A stretch of DNA of 31,936 bases, taken from assembly GCA_013140955.1 (NCBI GenBank), contig JABFRY010000367.1, forward strand, positions 1-31,936, read 5' to 3'. The stretch comes from Acidobacteriota bacterium (GTDB lineage: Bacteria > Acidobacteriota > Vicinamibacteria > Vicinamibacterales > UBA2999). How positions within the stretch are numbered: the stretch's first letter is position 1; each line of letters starts with the position of its first letter. Shown here piece by piece: positions 25,928-31,936 of the stretch. Made by a program: the position numbers and the translations under genes. The notes under the pieces are model-generated. The model was not told the origin of the DNA. It made no database searches and saw nothing but the letters and a program-made list of their open reading frames with translations.

Positions 25928-27316
25928 ATGTCGAACCCATCTGTCATCCTCCTGGAATTCAACGAGCTCACCCCAGCCGTCATCGAGCGGTTCATGGCCG
26001 AAGGCCACCTCCCGAACTTCAGCCGGTTTGCCGGCGAGGCGGTCCGCTTCACGACGCGGGCCGAGGAGCCGTTCACGCTGCTGGAACCGTGGATTCAATG
26101 GGTGACGGTCCACTCGGGCCTCGCCTACAAGGAGCACGGCGTCCTCAAGCTCGATCAGGGCCACCATTTGGCGGCTCCACGGCTCTGGGACCTCGTGTCC
26201 AGAGAGGGCCGACGGTCCTGGGTGTGCGGGAGCATGAACGTCAACTACGAGGCGGATTGCGACGCCTACGTGCTGCCAGACCCATGGTGCACGAAGGTAG
26301 CGCCTCGGCCGGACGAGTTGAGACCCTTCTTCGACTTCGTCCAGACGACGGTCCAGGAGCACACGAACGAGGCGCATGCGGCCTCGCCCGCGGCCTATGC
26401 ACGCTTCGCGGCGTGGATGCTGCAGCGGGGGCTGTCCATGGACTCTGTCACCTCGATCATGAAGCAGCTCAGCACCGAGCGCTTCGATCGCACGCAGTGG
26501 AAGCGACCCGCTGTACTGGATCAGCTTCAGTTCGACGTCTTCTCCCACTACTATCGCCGACTGCGACCCGCTTTCTCGACGCTGTTCCTCAACAGCACGG
26601 CCCACTTCCAGCATGCCTACTGGGACAGCATGGAGCCGGCCGCCTACTCAGACGGTGCGGGCTCTGGAGAACGCACGCGCTTCAAGGACGCGATCCGTTT
26701 CGGCTACGAGCAAATGGATGCCCTGCTTGGTCGCATCCTGCAGCTGGCCGGGTCCGATGTGACGCTGGTGCTCTGTACGGCTCTCAGCCAGGAACCCAGT
26801 CGCGGCGAGCGGGACTTCTACAGGCCTCGGGACATCGACGCGCTGATTCGGCTCGCCGGGCTGCCGGCGCATGTCTCCGTGGCGCCGGTCATGACCCAAC
26901 AGTTCTTCGTCGAGTTTGCCGATACGGCCAGTGTGGAGGATGCCGTGACGCGACTCGCCGCGGTTCGCTGGAATGACCAGCCCGCGCTTCGTACGCGGCG
27001 CGACGGCCTCCGGCTGTTCGTGAGCTGCGGTATTCGGAGCCGGGTACCAGCGGGCGCCACTCTGGCATTCGGCGATTCCCGGCTCCCGTTCGAGGACGTC
27101 TTCTATCGCGTTCCGACACGAAAGGTTGCCGACCACAACCCGGACGGACTCTTCTGGATTCGTCAGCCAGATCGCGCGACCGCTACCGTGGCCGAGACCG
27201 TCCCGCTGACGAGCGTCGCGCCGACGTTGCTGAAGCTACTGGGAATCGGTATCCCGGACTACATGGGAGAGCCGGTGCCGACGAGCGCGATGGCTGCGCA
27301 GACCACGACGGCATGA
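25928..27316 (+). CDS. Alkaline-phosphatase-superfamily (nucleotide pyrophosphatase-like) protein with apparently degenerate catalytic motifs
   Basis: VILLEFNEL, EPWIQWVTVHSG, FLNSTAHFQHAYW, TLVLCTALSQ, ADHNPDGLFWI and VAPTLLKLLG. Confidence 0.65.
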   Translation: MSNPSVILLEFNELTPAVIERFMAEGHLPNFSRFAGEAVRFTTRAEEPFTLLEPWIQWVTVHSGLAYKEHGVLKLDQGHHLAAPRLWDLVSREGRRSWVCGSMNVNYEADCDAYVLPDPWCTKVAPRPDELRPFFDFVQTTVQEHTNEAHAASPAAYARFAAWMLQRGLSMDSVTSIMKQLSTERFDRTQWKRPAVLDQLQFDVFSHYYRRLRPAFSTLFLNSTAHFQHAYWDSMEPAAYSDGAGSGERTRFKDAIRFGYEQMDALLGRILQLAGSDVTLVLCTALSQEPSRGERDFYRPRDIDALIRLAGLPAHVSVAPVMTQQFFVEFADTASVEDAVTRLAAVRWNDQPALRTRRDGLRLFVSCGIRSRVPAGATLAFGDSRLPFEDVFYRVPTRKVADHNPDGLFWIRQPDRATATVAETVPLTSVAPTLLKLLGIGIPDYMGEPVPTSAMAAQTTTA

Positions 27317-28044
27317 AGTACCCCGCGCGCTACTACATCTGGAAGCTGCTCAACCCACGCGGAGATTTCGGAGACTATTACGTCTCCAGCATCGAACGCC
27401 AACTCGACCGAGGCGGTGCCCACCCCACGCTGGGAGGGCGGCGGAAGGACGCTGGCACCTTCGAGACATCCGGTCGGCTTCTCGTCGACTGGCTGGTCAG
27501 CGATGGGCTCCAGCCGTCCGACCGCTTGGTTGACTTCGGCTGCGGCAGCCTGCGATTGGGGCGCCACTTCCTTACCTATCTTCAGGCCGGACACTACATC
27601 GCCATGGACCTGTCGGACCGGTTCTATCAGGAGGGACTGGCCCAGCTGCCCGAGGACCTTGTCGGAGCGAGCCGGCCACGATTCTTCCTGATCGACGACG
27701 CGAACCTGGTGACAGTTGCGGCCGAAAGGCCGGAGGTTGTCGTGTCGTTCGCCGTGTTGATACACATTCCACTCGACGGGGTGTCCGAGTACTTCGGGCG
27801 CATTGCCCGCCTGCTGCCTCCCGGTGGACGGGCCTATGTGTCCTTCCAGGATGGACCGGAGTTCCGGCGGCGGGCCGGGATGTCGTTCGTCCATCCCGTC
27901 GCAGAACTGACGGCGAGGGCGGGCGCATGCGGGATGTCGACGGAGGTGTTTCCCGACCCGCAACAGCAGCTGCCGGGACGAAAGCCCGACGCAGCCTTCC
28001 AGAAGGTGCTCAGACTCACCAGAGTCGAATCGGCTAGGGCGTAA
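27313..28044 (+). CDS. Class I SAM-dependent methyltransferase
   Basis: ATGA overlap. LVDFGCGSLRLG, YIAMDLS, VVVSFAVLIHIP and LLPPGGRAY. Confidence 0.85.
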   Translation: MKYPARYYIWKLLNPRGDFGDYYVSSIERQLDRGGAHPTLGGRRKDAGTFETSGRLLVDWLVSDGLQPSDRLVDFGCGSLRLGRHFLTYLQAGHYIAMDLSDRFYQEGLAQLPEDLVGASRPRFFLIDDANLVTVAAERPEVVVSFAVLIHIPLDGVSEYFGRIARLLPPGGRAYVSFQDGPEFRRRAGMSFVHPVAELTARAGACGMSTEVFPDPQQQLPGRKPDAAFQKVLRLTRVESARA

Positions 28045-29572
28045 GCTCTGCGAACCGATCCAGATACCACCGGACCCATGGATGCTTGGCGACCTGGCGA
28101 GGTGCCATATCTCGCGCTACCTCGCAGACGAGTGCCCTGAGTTCAGCGTGCCGTGCGAAGAGCACGAACGCTGCAGCAGCCGCTGCGGAAGCGACGCCCT
28201 GACATCCCAGAAGCACCCAGGGCGATACCGTGCCGGTCGACACACGCACTGCCCACCCGACGGAAACAGCCACGACAGCGGCTACCGCGCCACACTGTAA
28301 GGAGGGCAACAGCGGCTCGAACATGTCCTTCCACTGGAGCGGAGTCACGCGCTTGAGCAGGAGATGCATCCAGACGGTCATCACCGCGGTCGCAATGAGG
28401 ACGCCCCCAGCAGCGCCGACCGCTCCCCATCGTCTGAGTGCCACGAGGCAGAGCACTATCAGGATGGTGTAGCCTGCCTGGCGCCACACCTCTGACCACA
28501 CCTGACCAACAGCCTGAGTCGCCGAGCTGGCGTAGGTGTTCACAAGCTTCAGCATGCCCGCAAGGCAGAGCACCTGAAACGGCACGGTAGCCTCGAGCCA
28601 TCTGGCTCCGAACAGCACCTCCACCAGGTGGGGCGCCGTAGCCATGAGGATGGCAAACAGCGGAATGCCCATCATGCCGCTCGAGAGCAGCACCTTTCGG
28701 TACGCGCGCTGAAAGCGACTGGCATCGTCGTGGATCGCGGCGAAGACCCGGAACGTCACGTTGGGTCCCGCGCTGTTCATCCGCGTCAGGAAGCGGTTCA
28801 TCGTGCTGAACGCCTTGTCGTACAAGCCGAGCGTCACCATCCCGAAGAATCGCCCCACCACGAGATTGTCGATATTGCCGGCAACGTAATCGAGTAGCCG
28901 CTTGGCGTACATCCCCAGGCCGAAGGAGAGGACGTCGTACATCGCCGCCCTGGAGAAGCGCAGGGACGGCAGCCAGCGGGCGTAGTAGAGGCGAGAAGCC
29001 GCCTGCACGGCGACGGCCATGATCCTCGCATAGACGATGCTCATGTAGCTGTAGCCGTACCAGGCCAGAATGACGGAAGACACGGCGAATACGAGTCCCT
29101 GGTACCAGTCGACCTTCGCGGCTTCCTTGAAGCGCATGTCCCTGATGAGGACACCGGCGGAAACAGTGCCCAGGGGTGCAATCAAGAAACTGATGGCAGC
29201 GACGGGCAGGATCTGCCCCGTCTCTGGCTGGTCATAGAATGCAGCAACCCATGGCGCGATAGCGGTGAGGACACCCGCGGTCAGGGCTCCGACCACCAGG
29301 TTGACCACGAATACGGACGATAGGTGAATCGGCTCGATGACCTTCGAGCGGACGATCGCCGCATTGAACCCGAGCTCGGAAAGCTTGTTCGACAACTGGG
29401 TGAAGAACAGAGCAGCCACCGCGATGCCGAACTCACGGGGCGACAGCAGTCGCGCGAGGATCATCGACTGCGGAAACATGACCAGCTCGGTCACGCCCTC
29501 TCGCAGGAAGGACCATGCGACCCCCTCCTTGGCTACCTTGCCGTACGACTTCTTCTCGTGCACGATTCCCAC
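28034..29572 (-). CDS. wzx: Wzx/PST-family oligosaccharide flippase
   Basis: ILARLLSPREFGIA, ELGFNAAIV, SSVFVVNL, DNLVVGRFFG..TLGLYDKAF, with about 12-14 hydrophobic segments. Confidence 0.88.
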   Translation of the reverse strand: MGIVHEKKSYGKVAKEGVAWSFLREGVTELVMFPQSMILARLLSPREFGIAVAALFFTQLSNKLSELGFNAAIVRSKVIEPIHLSSVFVVNLVVGALTAGVLTAIAPWVAAFYDQPETGQILPVAAISFLIAPLGTVSAGVLIRDMRFKEAAKVDWYQGLVFAVSSVILAWYGYSYMSIVYARIMAVAVQAASRLYYARWLPSLRFSRAAMYDVLSFGLGMYAKRLLDYVAGNIDNLVVGRFFGMVTLGLYDKAFSTMNRFLTRMNSAGPNVTFRVFAAIHDDASRFQRAYRKVLLSSGMMGIPLFAILMATAPHLVEVLFGARWLEATVPFQVLCLAGMLKLVNTYASSATQAVGQVWSEVWRQAGYTILIVLCLVALRRWGAVGAAGGVLIATAVMTVWMHLLLKRVTPLQWKDMFEPLLPSLQCGAVAAVVAVSVGWAVRVSTGTVSPWVLLGCQGVASAAAAAAFVLFARHAELRALVCEVARDMAPRQVAKHPWVRWYLDRFAELTP

Positions 29573-29617
29573 CGCTCGTTGAAGGCCCGACTGCCAGCTC
29601 TCACCAGCAGCACCTGA

Positions 29618-30607
29618 CTAGACACGCCCGATCCTGGCCCGAATGGCTTCCCGCGTCCTCTGCCAGCGCTGTCGCTTCGCTTCGCGGAGTTCCTCGGCAC
29701 CAGTCCGATAGGCGAGCGCCTGACTCGCCATCGTCCTCACGCCTTCGGAGATCCCGCCTGGCGTATTGTCAACGTGGACAGCGCCTTGGGGAAACGCCTG
29801 CCTGAGAATCGGCCAGTCCGAGACGATGACCGGCGTGCCCTGGTAGATGGCCTCGTACGCCCCGCGCAGCATGGTGTGGTCCCTGGTCGTCAAGGTCATG
29901 ACGGCGTCGGCGCCGGCCAGCAGGCCGCCGTACGCCGCGACGCTCAGGAAACCCGTGCGGGTGACGTTGGGGGGCACCCGGCTCTCGAGATCCTTCGGGA
30001 AGTGCTTCGGATTGCCGGTCATCAGGAACCGCACGTCGGAAAGGGCGGCGGCGGCTTCCAGGATCGCTCCTATCGGCTCATCGTAGTTGAACGAACACAC
30101 GACGGCCACGGTGAATGCCTCGGTGCGAGACAGGGGCTCGAGCGACTGGTACTCGACGGGCACGTCGGGCACGAGCGTCACGTGTCCCCCCCAGGCGCGC
30201 ACGATGTCTGCGAGGTGCTCGTTGTGCACCAGGTTGGTGGCGGCGCGCCGGCACTGCCAGCGCTGGAGCCACTGCAAGTAACGCCAGCGTGGGTGCAGGA
30301 AGGCCGCGGTGTGCGTGTCGAGAACCACTCGGGCGCCGTGCCGCCACGCGTACCAGAAGGCCGGGAGCGCCGCAATGACCGGTGGCGACATGACGAAGAC
30401 GGCCGACGGCCGCTCCTGCCGCAGGATGGCGGACGTACGCGTCCACTGCCCGAGGTACTTGAGCAGGATCGTTGAGGGGCGACTCCCGAGTTCCGGGAGG
30501 TAGACCATGTGCGAGGCCCCGCCGAGTTCACGGGCCGTATGGTCGCTCCGGCTGCACGATTCCGCCCACGACACGTAGGTGATGGCCTGGCCGGCCGTCT
30601 GCGCCAC
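29618..30607 (-). CDS. GT4-like (GT-B) glycosyltransferase
   Basis: The likely GTG start at 30607 follows GAGGA. VLDTHTAAF, LVHNEHL, CSFNYDEP and MLRGAYEAIYQGTPVIVSD. Confidence 0.8.
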   Translation of the reverse strand: MAQTAGQAITYVSWAESCSRSDHTARELGGASHMVYLPELGSRPSTILLKYLGQWTRTSAILRQERPSAVFVMSPPVIAALPAFWYAWRHGARVVLDTHTAAFLHPRWRYLQWLQRWQCRRAATNLVHNEHLADIVRAWGGHVTLVPDVPVEYQSLEPLSRTEAFTVAVVCSFNYDEPIGAILEAAAALSDVRFLMTGNPKHFPKDLESRVPPNVTRTGFLSVAAYGGLLAGADAVMTLTTRDHTMLRGAYEAIYQGTPVIVSDWPILRQAFPQGAVHVDNTPGGISEGVRTMASQALAYRTGAEELREAKRQRWQRTREAIRARIGRV

Positions 30608-30615
30608 GCGAATCC

Positions 30616-31936
30616 TCAGGAACCCACAGGGGCGAGCCCCGTGGCCGAGGGCAGCACCGCGCCCATCGACGCCCACGGGCGCAGCACGTCGCCAAGTGCC
30701 GGGATGCCCACCAGGTCGATCACCGTGTGCTGGCTGCGGAGCAGCTCGGGGAGTGCATCGATGCCCGCGACCTTCTTGCCGACGATGACGACATCAACGG
30801 CGTCCAGCGTCTGCTGCAGGTCGTCCGCGATGAGCTGCGCCACGTGCGGCAGGTGCTCTTCCACGTAGGCCTTGTTGCGGCCGAACACGTTGCCGATGGT
30901 CACATCGGGATCGTACACGTGCAGCGGCACGCCCTTGCCGATGAGCCCCTCGGCCAGGCGGACGAAGGGGCTCTCGCGCAGGTCGTCGCTTCCGACCTTG
31001 AAGCTCAGGCCCAGCAGCGCCACACGCTTCTTCCCCATCTCGAGCACCGTGTCCACCACACGCTGGATGTGGTGATCGTTGCTCGGCAGGATGCTGCCGA
31101 GGAGCGGCGTCGCCAGGTCGTGCTCCTTCGCCACGTACACCATGGCCCGGAGATCCTTCGGCAGACAGGAACCGCCGAACCCGAACCCTGGTCGCAGGTA
31201 GCGCGGCGAGATATTGAGTTCGCGGTCCTCGCAGAAGACGGTCATCACGCGCTGGCCGTCGATACCGAGCTGGCGGCACACGGCGCCGATCTCGTTGGCG
31301 AAGGCCACCTTGATGGCGTGGAAGTTGTTGCTCGCGTACTTCACCATCGAGGCCTCGTCCGGCAGGACGCGGTGCACCGGGGCGTCGAGGTGGGCGTAGG
31401 CCGCCAGCAGCGCATCCGCGGCCTTGGCATCCGAGGAACCGACCACGGTGAAGGGCGGCCGCTCGAAGTCGCGGATGGCACTGCCCTCGCGCAGGAACTC
31501 GGGATTGACGCAGACGCCCAGGGTGTCGCCCACGCGCCGACCGCTGGCCTTCTCGAGCAGCGGCACGAGGGTGCCGGCCAGCACGCCGGGCAGCAGCGTG
31601 CTGCGGACCGCGACGACGTGGTACGCGGACGTGGTGGCGAGCGCCTGGCCGATCTTCTCGATGACGCGTTCGAGAAAGCCCGACTCGAGACTGCCGTTGC
31701 GCCGGCTCGGCGGGCCGACGCAGATGAGCGAGCGCGCGCACTCGCCGACGGCCGCCGCTGTATCGTCGGTCACCCGGATGCGCTTCTCGGCCACCATGCG
31801 TCCGAGGAGTTCGTCGAGCCCCGGTTCGCGGATGGGCGACCGCCCCTGCCCGACGAGATCCAGCTTGTGCCGGTCCACGTCCACACCCACGACGTCGTGC
31901 CCGGCCGCGGCCAGGCACGACGTCGTGGGTGTGGAC
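30616..31936 (-). CDS. UDP-glucose/GDP-mannose 6-dehydrogenase family, AlgD-like; 5' end truncated at the window edge
   Basis: CLAAAGHDVVGVDVD, ICVGPPS..NGSL, VRSTLLPG, NPEFLREG, catalytic GFGGSCLPKD and LSFKVGSDDLRESP. The N-terminal GxGxxG is missing. Confidence 0.92.
   Translation of the reverse strand, partial: STPTTSCLAAAGHDVVGVDVDRHKLDLVGQGRSPIREPGLDELLGRMVAEKRIRVTDDTAAAVGECARSLICVGPPSRRNGSLESGFLERVIEKIGQALATTSAYHVVAVRSTLLPGVLAGTLVPLLEKASGRRVGDTLGVCVNPEFLREGSAIRDFERPPFTVVGSSDAKAADALLAAYAHLDAPVHRVLPDEASMVKYASNNFHAIKVAFANEIGAVCRQLGIDGQRVMTVFCEDRELNISPRYLRPGFGFGGSCLPKDLRAMVYVAKEHDLATPLLGSILPSNDHHIQRVVDTVLEMGKKRVALLGLSFKVGSDDLRESPFVRLAEGLIGKGVPLHVYDPDVTIGNVFGRNKAYVEEHLPHVAQLIADDLQQTLDAVDVVIVGKKVAGIDALPELLRSQHTVIDLVGIPALGDVLRPWASMGAVLPSATGLAPVGS
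31879..31936. repeat. 58-bp near-perfect palindrome ending exactly at the last base (fold-back)
   Basis: GTCCACACCCACGACGTCGTGCC-C-GGCCGCGGCC-A-GGCACGACGTCGTGGGTGTGGAC, with a single mismatched pair (31902/31913). Confidence 0.9.

Noticed and set aside
1-31936. tRNA, rRNA, CRISPR arrays, transposases or integrases
   Set aside because: None seen. Nearly all the sequence is accounted for by CDS, and the gaps show no spaced repeats.

Overview
High-GC bacterial DNA with no rRNA, tRNA, CRISPR or IS visible. The whole window is one large exopolysaccharide (EPS)/cell-surface glycan locus of the PEP-CTERM/exosortase-A-associated type. Gene content and composition would fit an Acidobacteriota (Vicinamibacteria-like) genome, but that is inference only. 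There are five transcriptional blocks. (1) + strand, 1-15876: tyrosine autokinase, priming sugar transferase, two CE4 deacetylases, FemAB-like protein, tandem double-GT2, sulfotransferase, two GT4s, O-antigen-ligase-like protein, APH-fold kinase and a heparinase II/III-like protein. (2) + strand, 16221-22810, behind a sigma54-like promoter: prolyl-carrier dehydrogenase-like flavoenzyme, MBOAT, carrier protein, stand-alone adenylation enzyme, SGNH protein and sulfotransferase. (3) - strand: a secreted heparinase-II-fold protein. (4) + strand, behind a second sigma54-like promoter: an alkaline-phosphatase-superfamily protein and a methyltransferase. (5) - strand: an AlgD-like nucleotide-sugar dehydrogenase (5'-truncated), a GT4 and a Wzx flippase. 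The standout is block 2. The three-gene proline-to-pyrrole-2-carboxyl-carrier module known from pyoluteorin, prodigiosin and clorobiocin pathways is interleaved with a DltB/DltD- or AlgI/AlgJ-like trans-membrane acyl-transfer pair. This suggests pyrrolyl (or pyrrolinyl) acylation of a surface polysaccharide. All family assignments come from reading motifs by eye; no database search was run.
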